Source: Selaginella moellendorffii (lineage: Eukaryota; Plantae; Lycopodiophyta). Taken from it: a DNA stretch of 64,000 nucleotides. This document shows, piece after piece, positions 1 to 12,483 of this stretch (position 1 is its first letter; each line of letters opens with the position of its first letter). The notes under the pieces are model-generated. The model saw only the letters and a list, made by a program, of their open reading frames with translations. It was not told the origin of the DNA and did not search any database. The stretch spans positions 2,239,544 through 2,303,543 of the forward strand of contig NW_003314269.1 in the NCBI RefSeq assembly GCF_000143415.4, given 5' to 3'. The position numbers and the translations under genes were made by a program.

Positions 1-2256
1 GCTCGCGTGTTTTGCAAGTGAGTAGATTGTTTGAAAATTTTCTGTACCTGGTGATTGTGTGATTGCGTTTTGCAGTCTTGTGTCAAACATTCTCAAGAGG
101 CACAAAAAAACGAGGTTTTTCAAGAGCTCAGGCCCAGCTTCCTAGATTTGTGTTTGAACACTTACGCTTGTCACCTTGCACTGAGAATGATTGACAATGG
201 TGAGTACTTTCATCAACGGTGTTTTGTTCCAACTATGTCGATTTGCAGCTAAAAAGGATCAGCTTCAACAACTTCTTTCAATTCTGCATGGGAATGTTGT
301 GCGTCTTCTTAGGCATCCGACTGGCTCAGCTGGTACGTGCTTCAGGAACATACTCTAGTGAAATAATAGACTGGGACTTTGTAGTTGTCGAGCATGCCTA
401 TCACGCTGCCAGTGGTTCTCAAAAACAGGAGCTTGTATCGGAATTTTTTTCTCCCGAGTTCCGCTTGTTTAGAAACATTACCAAAGGAAGGTAAGAGAAC
501 AATTTTCATAGTGTGGAACTATAAACTTTCAATATGCAGGATCAAGGAGATACTTTCCGATGAACCGGCTGCCAAACGTAAAACGGTTCTGGAACACATG
601 ACACTAAGTATTCAACCGATACTAGAGAAAGGAATAGTCGACCACTCAATTATTCACCGAGTACTTGTCGAATATTTGAGTATAGCTCCAATGGTAACAA
701 CTTTCTTCTTTTTTGTTCATGCTTATGACGATTTTGTTCAGAGTATGGTTGGTAATATTGTTGACCAACTTTCGGGACCTCTTCTCGTGCGTATGCTCCA
801 CACAGCAGATGGTGCGAAACTTGGTGTTCTGTGTGTGCGCCATGGATCTGCAAAAGTACGTGTAGCTTGGTTCCTTTTTCTTTGTATAATCTGTTGACTG
901 GTAAATCACGTGCACAGCAAAGGAAGAAGATTATTAAAGCGTTGAAGGGTCAAGTCTTAAAGGTTGCTCGCGACGATCATGGTTATGCTGTAAGTTTTTC
1001 TCGTTATTATCCGCCGTACGTCCTTGACAGGCTCCATCGGCAGGTCCTTCTGAGTGTAATTGACGTTGTTGACGATACTGAACTTGTGACCAAGGCAAGT
1101 GTGTAAGTTGTGAAGTTTTTTCACGCCTTGAATTTCTGTGGGTGCAGGTTATCATGTCAGAATTGGCAACAGAAATCAGGGAGTTAAGTGTGAACAAGGT
1201 AGGCTTCATCTTAAAATTTCTTGTGGGATATTTGTCGTTCGCAAAAGTATGGCCAGCGATTAATTCTACATCTTCTCACACCAAATATACCGAGATATTT
1301 TCCTGCGGAGCTGCTGAAGACACTCAAGTCTCCAGTCGAGTTTAGTAAGTCCATTTAACTCATTTTGATGACGTTGTGTGATGAGGTGGTTGCATGTGCA
1401 GTTTCAAGTTCGAAAACGACAGCCGATGCTTGCGAAAAAGGAGATGATGAATGCGGGGACGTAAACGATGGTGACGACAATACGGAGAGTGCGCGCATTA
1501 GCAAAAAGGATCCATTCTTACGAAGAACCGAGCTGCTTTCGAAAAGTGGATTTGCGCAGGTACTTTCTCTTTTAGAGCTGAGGGCTTGCAGTGTATCTCA
1601 GTTTGCTCTTGGCTTTCGGCTTGTGTAGAAGCTAGTGGAAGCATGTGCGACCAACGCAGGGGAGCTGTTACGATCGCCTCTCGGGAAGGACGTCATCTAC
1701 GAGGTAAGCTTTTGAAGTCATCGATTTCTTTTGAGTATATGTGCTTGGTGCAGGTAGCACGCGGTGGCGTTGACGGAATAATGTTGAAAGCTACGCCGGA
1801 AGGAATATCATCAGTGCATAAAGCAATAGCGGACCTAGCTGCATTACCAAAAGACAAGAAAACAGAAGAGGAACACGTGCTGGAGCACTACCATGCTAGC
1901 CGCACGATCCGGAGGCTGGTTCTGGACAGCAGCTGTCATAAGTTGGATGGGAGCTCGGAGTCTTTTGCGCAAATGCTGTGGAGCCTCGCACTGCAAGGGA
2001 GGTGCACAACATGGGCGCGAGGTCACAGGTATTTGGATTGGACCTTTTGGTTGGAATCGATTTTGAATTTTGAGTTTGACCTGATCGACGCTGTTTGATT
2101 CTCTCTGGCAGTGCAAAAGTGGTAGCGGCCTTTAGAGACAGCGAAGACCCAGCCGTGCGGCGAGTTGCAAAATCCGAAATTAACTCGCTCGTCGATAGTG
2201 GAGTTCTGGAGGGCCGAAAGGCTAAAGCAACCTCGGCGGACGCAGCTAGAAAGTAA
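1..2256 (+). CDS. PUM24: Pumilio homolog 24 / Puf6-like nucleolar RNA-binding protein (multi-exon, 5' end outside window)
   Basis: Spliced ORF pieces give LEKGIVDHSIIHRVLVEYL, LVRMLHTADGAKLG, VIDVVDDTELVTK and a CPL-like SKKDPFLRRTELL. Short introns; stop TAA at 2254-2256. Confidence 0.88.
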
Positions 2257-4098
2257 AACACGAGGTAACACTTCGCATCTAGTTCTTTCAAAGCGAGCAC
2301 TCAGTGCAGTGGTTCGAACTTACCCATTGGCAGTCGTACATTGTCCCGCAATAGCAGCCATGATTTGTGAGAGATCTTTTTTCGAGCCAGTTGACGAACG
2401 CGAAGCGGGAACACACTGGGCCCTGGGTGTTGCTAACGAGCGAGCGGAGGTGCATGCACGTCGTATCTGTGCAAGGAGGAGCCGTCCAAAAGCTGAGGCC
2501 CCACGAGAAATCATATCCAATCTGCACGAGGCACCGTGTGTAACTGAGGGGGGCGGCTGGAGGGGAGCAGTACGATGCTCACACTTAACTCCCTGCGGTA
2601 CAAGGCCCGGCTGATGGAGCGTCGGGTCCAAGTAAGTGATCCTTTTGCTGCGATTTGTCATTTTGGTAGGCCTTTCATCTCATCACATCTCTTTCAGGCC
2701 CAAGGGGAAAGAAGAAGAACATCTCATCTCGGTGGTTACATTGGCACCGCCCCGCACACTTGCCAATTCAGTCCAGATTGCAATCAAAGGCTGGGGCTGC
2801 TACTACTGGCTGTGCTGGAGTGATTTAAGAGCAGCCAACCAGTCAAGCCAAGCTGAAAGAGGAAAAAGGTGAGGGAGATTCCCCCAGGAATTCCAGCACA
2901 GGCAAAAAGCAAGCGAGCAGCACTGTTTTGATGCGGACGCTGCTCACTCGCCCAGAGGAGCCCATCACTACTGTAGCAAGGGTAGCAGCAGTGCAATAAT
3001 GCATGTTTGCTGTTGGTGCTGGTGACCAGTGAGCACTGTGGCCAGGCAAGGACAGTAGTAGCCACACCTCCATGATGCATGCTTTGCCAATTATGAGGGC
3101 AATCTAGTGCATGTGTCAGGGGGAGGGGAGATTGCTTCAGACAGCAGGTGCAGTGCAGAATGCAAAAAGCAGATTTCAGAATTCAGAAGGTGGCTGGCTA
3201 GCTGGTTTTGATGTTTAAAAGTATACATACGGTTCTTTAGAATACATAAATTTATGTAATCATGCAATGCTCCAGTGAAGATCCACCTCTTGAGAGGTGG
3301 AACAGTGACCTTGCCTCTTGCCTCTTTCTCAGTCCAGCTTGTGTGGCTGCAAGGGCTCCCCTTGCCGCCATCACTTTCAACATCTCATTCACTTCTATTC
3401 CAATCACTCCTTGTTTAAAAACCATGTCCACAAAAAGAAAGGATGCACAAAACAGGAACAACAGCAACAGCAGCAAGTAGCTCTGAACACAAAAATACTC
3501 AATCAATAATGGCACCCATACATTCTTTCAAGAATAGAAAAAAATTGGAGAAATTAAAAAAGAAAAGGGTTGATTGAGATCCTGCTGTCTGCTTGCTTTG
3601 CTTTGCTCTAATCTTGCTTGCAAGACATGAGCCATTATGGTTGCTGGCCTTGTTTGTCTACACACACAACATATCTCACCTGTATACAATGAAGACTCAG
3701 AAAAAAAAGAACCGAAGGACACTTCCAGCATGGGGTGTGTGTGTATGCAGGGCTTCACAACTGTTTTTCCTTTTAGCTCATTCACACTCCCACTCCAGAT
3801 TGGCATTTGCAGTTGCAGAAGTTGCCATGCCTAGTCAAAATTGCAACTATAACACAATATCCCAGGTGGAGACTCATGCCAAGAAAAATGTACAGAAAAG
3901 CCAAAGGGCTTGCTCTTCACTGTTCATCTCCTCCAACCAGCCAAGATGACCATTGATATGATCTTCCCTGGCACCTTCTTCCTCTAAAAATTCTCTCTTC
4001 CTGGATCCCTGTACACTAACATAGACACAAGCTTGAGGCTGTAGACTCTAGCTCTAGACTCTCCTTTTTCTTGAACACCAAAAGTTGTGTCAGAAGTT

Positions 4099-5362
4099 TC
4101 ACACGGGTTGCAAGAGAGAAGGTGTAGGCCTGGACTGTGCAAATCTGGCCATGGTGGTGGCTGCTGTGCTTTGGAAGTTCGTTGACAATGGCTTGCTTGG
4201 AACCTTGGTTGTGGTATTGCCGGTGTTGTTGCCGTTGTCCATGGACGACGCCAGTCTCTCGCAGGAGGGACACATGGTGAGCGTGGTGGCGGGGAGAGGC
4301 ATGTAAAAGTCGTGAGTGATGACACAAGGTGGAGAGATTTTGAGGGCTCGAAGCTCCTGGAGCTCCTTCTGAAGCCTCCGGTTCTCCTCGCTCAGCCCCT
4401 CGCAGTACTTCTTGAGAAGCTCGCAATCCACCTCGGTCTGCTTGAGCTTGGTCCTGCCCGAGTGAAAACGAATGTAAGACGAAGATCTAGCGATCAAGAA
4501 GAAACCAAAAGCCTACCTTGCTCTCCGGTTTTGGAACCAAACTTCCACTTGTCTGGGCCTGAGGTTGAGCTGCTTCGCCAGTGCGTTCTTTTGTTTCTGG
4601 AAGCAAAACAAGAAATATCATCAGTTTTCGTGATCCCGATCGAAAAGATGCAGACTCTTACCGGATTGAGAGTGCTGTGCTCGCGGAAGCTATCCTCGAG
4701 CAGCGCTGATTGCTCCTTGGACAGCCTCAACTTCTTGCGGGTTCCCCCTTCCTCCTCGTCGCTGGCGGCGCGGGAAGAAGTCATTTGCTCCGCCTCGTCC
4801 GCCTCCCTCTCCCGCTTGGTTTGCTGATGGTTCGCCACCCTCGCCGCCGCCGACGACGAGGCCGGCTCCGCGGCCGCCATGAGTTGAAACGACGTAGACA
4901 CACCACCACCACCACCAGCTTGATCCTCGTTCTCGCCCGAGCAAGGCACCCGGTTCATGTCCAGGCCTTTGCAATTAAGAGGAGCCTCTGTCCCTGCAAG
5001 CACAGTTCCAAAGAAACTTGGTATCATGACCGGATCGAGGAGTTTGTTCAAAGCCATCAATCACAGAGACCAGGAAAGTCAAGAACTAAGAGAGCCATCT
5101 AGAGACCCAAGATGAGTATACCATTTGAATCGATAGAGTCGCTTCTCGACTTGGTGAAGAGGGATTGCCACAAGAGGCCGGCGTTTTGCTTGTTGGCCAC
5201 GGGGCGGGGGAGGAGATCCATGGTGGATCCTCGCCTCTCCCCCTCCGCGTCCTCCACATCGGGCGCTGGCCTCATGGGGAGGTAGCCATTTTGCTGCTGC
5301 TGCGATTGGACGCTTATGCTCAGATCTATGCTCAATCCCAAGCTTGGATGATCCGGCTTCAT
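4099..5362 (-). CDS. Class II HD-Zip transcription factor (HAT/ATHB2-like), 4 exons
   Basis: N-terminal EAR-like LGLSIDL; DMNRVP; homeodomain [18 protein letters not shown]...[11 protein letters not shown]; leucine zipper [15 protein letters not shown]; CPSCE motif. Exons approx. 5362-5122, 4993-4662, 4597-4518, 4454-4099. Confidence 0.95.
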
Positions 5363-7218
5363 TGCTCCACACGCTCCAAGCTTTGGATCAAATCGGGGCT
5401 AAGACACGCCCGACGCGATCGCTCAAATCTAGATGAAAGATTCGAGCACCAAAATCTGTCTAGAAGAGGGACTGATCAAGAGCGGGAAGAGCGTGCTGCG
5501 TATAAGAGAAAGGAATGAAAGCCCTCCTCTCTCTCTCTCACCCTCTCTCTCCCCCGTGGCTTTGCTAATATACATCGGCATACATGGATGAGTAGTGATG
5601 ACCACCACCATAGCTAGCCCGTCACCAGCACGTCGCCGTGACGGGCGGGATTCATAAAAAGTCTTGTCGCGCGTGTGGGGACCGTCATACGAGCGCGTCC
5701 GGTGTACGTGCGGACCCAAAAGAAAAAGAAAATAAAGGAAGGAAAATGTTGGTGATTATTCGTGATGATGGTGGAGTCGAATATTTCCAAACTGGTTAAG
5801 AATTTTGATATATAATTATCTTACATCTAGATTGTTCCTTTGAGATCACACCACCACCACCATCAACAACAACAACATCCAACAACAATCGCTAAATGTG
5901 GAGAGCATCAATCCAATCCAGCCTTGAAAATCTGATCAGTGATCAAATTCTTGCAGGGCCCCACGTTTTTCTTTTTTTTTTCTTGACGTGTGAGGAGTTA
6001 ACTTCATATTAATCTTTCAATTCATATATCAAAGTCCTGAGTGATGCCATTGTCGGTTGGTTGATTAGATCCCCTGGAGATTGATAATTAGGCACACTAT
6101 TAATTGACGAAATTCTCATCAATCTAACCAACCTAGGAAAGAGACTCCATGCTTATAATCTATCATAGGACAGGATAATCTTACCAGTAAAAGCACTGCC
6201 CCTTGCTTGCATGAGCATGAACCCAGTATGACGTCCAAAGGACTCCACAAAAGTCGTGATTGGTAGAAAACCATGGCTCTCGCTCGTTGGCGGGTTTATA
6301 ATAAATAATTCTTCCGTAAATTAGAAAAATGAAACATTTCCTGGATTTTCCACCAGGCAAGTTGCAATGCATTTGGCCTCTCTCAAGTAAGGATGATTGG
6401 TGCACTAAAGGAACTATGAAGGGTCCCCTTGTCACCTTTTATGTGAGGTGACAAATATGATGCCACACTTGCCAGCACCTAACCTTCTCCACATTTCAAG
6501 CCACAGTTTTGGTGTGTGGGGCAAACTAGTCTCACATCTCCCCCCTCTCCTTTTGATCCTGGAGTCAGGGCAAAATAAAAAACAAACTTGGAAACTTCTC
6601 TGGGCTTCACCTATATATATACAAGTGCGAAAATCTGAAGTGTTTGCGAATAGAAGGGAATAGAGAAACATATCATGGAGTGAAGTTGACCTATGAGTTT
6701 AATGATTGTTGCAGCATCTCACTCATGATGATAGGGGACCTTGGACAATGCTTGGCCGAGTAAGAAGGAGAAAATCAAGGAATTACAAAACCCTCTATCT
6801 AAATCTTTTGCTGCTTGGAGCCAAAGGGAGTGAGGCAAAAGCAGTGATAAAAAAGATAGGGACAATACCTTCCCTGCATGGATCCATCACCACCTTAGGC
6901 ATCATCAAGTCCATCCATCCTTGCTGACGTGGCGGACTTGATTGAGGTTTGTTGGGACGTCCAATAATTTCTACATTGTCGTTGTCCACAATTATCCACA
7001 CCGTAAAAGGCATGGTAATAGTAGCGATAACAATAGGAATACGGTTGTCCTTTCAAGAGCGCCACCACCAGATCACCACCACAGCGCCACCACCACCGCC
7101 CTCGAGCCACTGTTCCATTATAATTGATTGATGGGAAAAGGTGGCGGTGGTGGCCAACTGGCGGCGGACCCTCCCGATAAAGTCAAACACATGATTCCAT
7201 TGCTAAACTTAACGATTC

Positions 7219-7480
7219 CACGTGTTTTAGCTATGGCCGGGTCAAGAATGGGGCCATCGCCAATCATTCTTCCCCGTCTAGGAGCGGATATCCCGTGAGA
7301 ATTTTGCGTTTAAAAACATGGTGGCGGGAATATCCGCTGCTATCGCACACGTGCATGAGGTTGACGTTGCGGTCAACCTTGTTTTGCATTTTGTTTGCGC
7401 GAAAAAAAGGAATCTTGTTATTGCGCGGTGGAATCCGGCGATCCATGATAGCAAATTGGGGTCGATCCGCGTCCCACGTG
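7219..7480. promoter_or_regulatory. Cluster of three G-boxes (CACGTG) about 2 kb upstream of the HD-Zip II gene
   Basis: CACGTG at 7219-7224, 7348-7353 and 7475-7480 within a gene-free upstream region. Confidence 0.45.
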
Positions 7481-8439
7481 TAGCAAACTAAGCTTGTTTT
7501 ATAAACACCAAGTGATCGATCGAGAGATTTGTCAATCAATCAGCGAGGAAGCGCTTGGTGCTCGGCACTGCTCTTTGACTCGAATCGAGTGACACGAAAG
7601 TATAAGGTGTTTAATAAGAACTCAATTGATTGATTGACTCTGGGAGGGGCTTTCCGGGATGCTTGGGAAAGTGTTTGTGGTGCTCACTACCACTTTGTCT
7701 TTGCTTACTGTCAGATCAAAGTGTTTTGCGGGATCGCAAAGTCATCGAGGAAAAGCATCGTGCTCTGTGTGAACGAGAAAAAATCTATAGCGACTGTCCA
7801 GTGCTTTTCAAAATGCTCACACGACCAACAGTGATGAAAGCAAGAAAAAAAAAACAAAAGAGGAGACAATCTCGAGTTCCATTCCCATTGCCACATTCTC
7901 TAAACTCAAAGGAAAGTATTTGGGCGCCGCGGCGTACAGCGTAGCGTGCCCACGGCGGGCAGCAGGACAGCAGGGGGGCAGCACAATCATTGACGCGGGC
8001 AGCATATGTCGGCTACAGCCCCGACAGGCCGACGTGCGCCGACGATACGCAGGGGATCCGATTCGATCGCAACCGTCAGCCGGGTACATCATCATGGCCG
8101 TCTGATATTGTCGGCCATGATGCATGCATGGCCATCGGCATGATTAATTCCAGAGAAAAAAAAGGTTTAAAGTTTTGACGGTTAGGATCCATCCAAGCCG
8201 GAGTTTTTTTCCTCCACGCCATTCCATAGAGTTTCTTTTGGACAACACAACGGAAGGACAATAGCTCTGATTGATCATCCAGTTGTTTCCAGAGAAACTT
8301 CGCTGGGTGGAAGAATCGATCCACATAGCCAATCCAGTTGTAGATATGATTGGAACAACAGGATATCAGAATCTCATCACGCCCACCAAGATGCAACTTC
8401 AGAGAAAATCTCCACTTTCTTCTTCTTTGTTCCTGTTTG

Positions 8440-9430
8440 TCATGATCCCTTCCGCCGGTTGAGGAGTACGAGCGAGAAAAGAAGAACCGTGAGAACCATG
8501 CAAGCTTTGAGACTCCTGTCCAAAGGCTCACTCTCGCGACCACCAAAGAGTTTCCTGTCCGCGAATGCAAACACCTCGTGGACAACGTCCACCAAGGAGT
8601 CTAGCAAATCGTAGAGCGTCTTCCTGAGCCAGTGGAACGCGACCAGGAAAGGATTAGTCTGTTGCTCGTCGTGATGGAGGAACTCGAGCGATCGCCCCGC
8701 GCCTATAAGTAATACAAAGATGAAAACCTTTGTTCTTCTTCCCAGTGCAAAAGTCGAGAGGAAATCTTACCAGCGAAAGCTAGGAAACGCTCCCTATTGC
8801 CCCGTAACAGCTCTTGGACTCTCTCGTTTCGTACGAAAGCGTTCCACAGCGCGGGGTCCCGGCTCAGAGACATCACTGCTGCCTGGATCACAAAAGAAGG
8901 AAGATTAAATCATGGGAAGGAGGAAAGAATGAGCGAGAGGTGGATACCTGTACATCCGAATTACTTTGAAATAAATCCACGCACTGCGCAACCGTAGCTC
9001 CTGATCGCTGCTGCTCTGATCCCTGCACGGCGTGGCTTTCACTCTCAGCACTGAAAACTACCTCTTTGGAAGAGGAAGATCCTTTAGCGTTGTCTCTCAG
9101 GACAATTTCGCTGACCACGACTGCTTTTGGAGCGGGATTCCTGGATCAACCCAAGAAAAAAGAGATTATCCAAGCTCGGTAAAAGGCAAAGCGCAAAAAG
9201 AGTTTGCGAAATCCTTACGTGCCACCAAACACATTCCCGAGCTCCTTGGACGCTGCCTCCACTTCCTCCGCCGTGGGACCGCAGAAATCATAATCATCCG
9301 ACAGTACCTCGCCTGGCGATGGCTTCCGTAGCCGCGAGTTGGCGCGATCCGCAGAGGAGGCCAGCGCGGAAGTGGACGCCGTGGCAGCCCCGGCGGGACT
9401 GGCAGCGATGAGCGAAATCCCGTTGGGCAT
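8440..9430 (-). CDS. Conserved plant protein of unknown function (UCP012943-like) with C-terminal hydrophobic anchor
   Basis: Spliced product contains GPTAEEVEAASKEL and LFQSNSDVQAAVMSLSRDPALWNAFVRNERVQE, and ends ...ACMVLTVLLFSLVLLNRRKGS* (stop 8440-8442). Confidence 0.7.
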
Positions 9431-9509
9431 TTCCCCCTTCTTTAATAAGAACCCTAAAAATCGAGGAACCCTAAAAAGCGCGAGGATATTCTATGGTTTC
9501 CAATGTCTT

Positions 9510-10893
9510 TTACAGCGGCTTTGTTGCCGAGAACAAGACGAAGGCTCCTTGGCGCGTGCTCTTCCAGTTGATGAGCCCATTGGCCGTGACGATCTCTCGC
9601 AAATCCAGCTCCGTCCACAGGCGTAGAGGGCATTGCATTCTCCCCAGTGCCTGCTTGCTGCGATCAAAAACTTGACAGAAAACCACTCGAAAGAACCTGT
9701 CTTAAAGGCTCCAGCAGCTTGTCGATCGGTGGAGGCGGCAGAGGGAATAGAAAGGTGCTCGCTACGAAGATCCCTCCCGGTTGGAGCAGCCTCGCGATCT
9801 CGGCCACCTGCATTGAGTAGAACTAAGTAGTAGAACTTGAAAGAAAAGGAGAGCTTTTCCTTTCTCGCTTGGATCGCTACTTACGGCATGGAGAGGCTGA
9901 GGCCAGCAATGAATTGCCGCACTGGTGTGAACAGCCGCTAAGCTGGAGGATGTGAAAGGCAGCCTTCCAGCGTCGGCCTTGACGAGCACGACTTTGCTAT
10001 CAAAGTTCGAAAGAGAAAGGCGAGCGTGAGTCCAAATGGCGGTCTCGCTTTCACGGCCAGGGAGTTTAAAGAGTACCTGACGTTGATGTCTGGATCGCCT
10101 GCGAGGAGGTGGAAGGACTCGTTGAGCATGGCTTCCGAGTAGTCCGACGCAATCACGAGCTTGTACGCGTTGCTGGCTGCGAACTTTCGCGTCAAAGTGC
10201 CCCCGGCACAGCTCAAGTCCATGATGGCTTTCCCGAAACATGGTCTCAAGATCTCCTGTGCCATAGTAAACTGCAAAAACCAAGAGGTCAGATCTCGTTT
10301 CTCCCGAAGTATCCTTTCTACCTCTTCGTCAAAGCCTGGGAATCCAACGAGCTGAAAGACCTGGTCACGGTAGCTCTTGTCGTAAAAGCGTGCTACGATC
10401 GAATTCCTTGAGAAAAGAAGAAGACACGAGACGAGAGATATGAGCGGGATGGGTTTAGCTTCTCTTACTCAAACACCGACGCTGAGAGTGGAACTCCGCA
10501 AGCTCCCGGAATCGTCAAGTTTATGATCCCGCGGGAGCTGGAGTGGTAGCTCCTCCGGCAGCCATTACACCGGAAGGAAGTGCTTGCAGCGTTCCTGGAA
10601 GGAAGATTTCTCGTCAAAGATACAAGAGATTTAGAGACGAAGAACACGTACTCAACGCTCACGCTTTCATTGCTGGATGTCCAGAGTGGCTGCAAGCATA
10701 TAGGACACGCCAGGCTCTTTAGAGTTGTCCTCGCATCGTCATCTTGTTCATTCTCCTGTTCTTGGTACATCTCTCGAGCACCTGTAGCTATGAACCTCAA
10801 GCCGAAATGATGATTAGAGGACCAAAGTTCTCGTTGCTTGAAACCATACACTCGTCTGATTATTATCCTTCTCCTAAGGAGGACGAGTGCCAT
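9510..10893 (-). CDS. Plastid SAM-dependent methyltransferase (Methyltransf_11, At2g41040/At1g78140-like), copy A
   Basis: Transit-like N-terminus; LACPIC...FRCNGC Zn ribbon; GFPGFDEEF; IMDLSCAGG; ADAGRLPFTSSSLAAVHTSAAIHCWP; ends FVLFSATKPL*. Confidence 0.88.
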
Positions 10894-11049
10894 TCCTCCT
10901 GAGAGATCGAGCAAAATTCACAACGGAGGAACTCGACAGAAAAAAAGAACAAGAAAAGCCTGGATTACGTAAAAAGAAAATCCTGTGAATTCACACACAC
11001 GACCGGAAACAGCGTCAAGCGAGTGAGAAAGAGATGTTTTGGATTTACC

Positions 11050-12428
11050 TTAGGCTGGTTTCGTTGCAGAGAAGAGAATGTATCGGCCGCTTGTCTGGCT
11101 CTTCCAATCAATTAAGCCACCGGCCTCTACAAGTTGCTGCAACTCCTTTTGTGTCCAGGCTTTAAAGGGGACCTGGAGCTGCATGATTGCCTGCAAAGAA
11201 GTATCATCCCACCCATAAGCCACCGACGAGTAACAAAGAAAGAACAAAATAAAAAATAAAAAAATGAAGAAAGAGCTCGAAAAGAAAGAAAAATATCATC
11301 GTTCGTCACCTCGCGAACAGGATTGATAATTCCATCTATCGGTGGAGGAGGTTCTGGAAACACGAAAGTACTCCCAACAAACAGGCCTTGTGGCCGGAGC
11401 ACTCGAGATATTTCTGCCACCTTCATGATTTATATGTAAGATCAATGCCATGAGAGAAGTGGAGTGCGTACCGCTATGATTGGCTCGGGCCAGCAGTGGA
11501 TTGCTGCCCCGGAATGCACGGCTGCTACGCTAGAGTTTGCAAGTGGAAGCCTGCCTGCGTCGGCTCTCAAAAGAACACACTCACTGTTCATGAAAAATGT
11601 TAGGAAACTGCGCTTTCCAAAGAGCACGAAGAAAGAAACTTTTGGAATGAATAGCAAACCTCATGTCTAGAAAGCTATCGCTCTCCAGAAAACCCCGGCA
11701 TTGCTCGAGCATTTCCTGAGAGTAGTCGGCCGCGATGACACGCTTGTAACTCTTGCTTGCGAGGAAGCGTCGAGTAAAACAGCCTCCGGCACAGCTGAGG
11801 TCCATGATGGTTTCTCCACGCGCGACGGGCTCTATGAGTTTCTGTGCCATTCTAAACTGGAGAACAGGAAACCAAGGAAAGAACAAAGAAAACTTATAAA
11901 CGTCAATGCATGAAGAGACAAACCTCTTGATCGTAGCCGGGGAAGTTCCAGATCCAGAAAAGGTCGCGGTAGCCTCTGTCGTACGCGAATGCCAGCAACG
12001 GGTTCCTGTTTCACTCGCTATGCTACTGCTGTTAGTACTTGGACAAAAAGAAACGCAACGAACTTACTGGAAAAACGAAGCTCCGAGTGGAGCTACTGTT
12101 GTCGGTGATATTGTCAAGTCGATGATCCCACTCGAGGTACTGGTGTACGACTTTTTGCAGCAATCACAGGCAAATCTTGGAAAGTTCCTCGGTTGGTCAT
12201 CGTTCTTGAAAGATTTGCGGCAAACAGGACACGCGAGCTCCAGCTTATCAGCTTTTTTTACGTTTGTTCCTGCCTGTAGAGAATGAAAACATCGTCAACA
12301 AACTACACCTCGACGGAGAATGAAGAACTTACAGAAGCAAACGCCTTGAATCTGGATCGCCCAATGGATGGTCGAGGAGGAGGAGCAAAGTGGAACCGAG
12401 AAAGACTCGTCCGCTGGAGAAGAAGCAT
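11050..12428 (-). CDS. Plastid SAM-dependent methyltransferase, tandem copy B
   Basis: MLLLQRTSLSRFHF transit-like start; LACPVC...FACDCC; IMDLSCAGGCFTRRF; ADAGRLPLANSSVAAVHSGAAIHCWP; ends YILFSATKPA*. Confidence 0.88.
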
Positions 12429-12483
12429 CGCCATAAAAGTTCTTACCTAAAGCTTTGTCCATTTGATAGATAGAAAAGATAGC

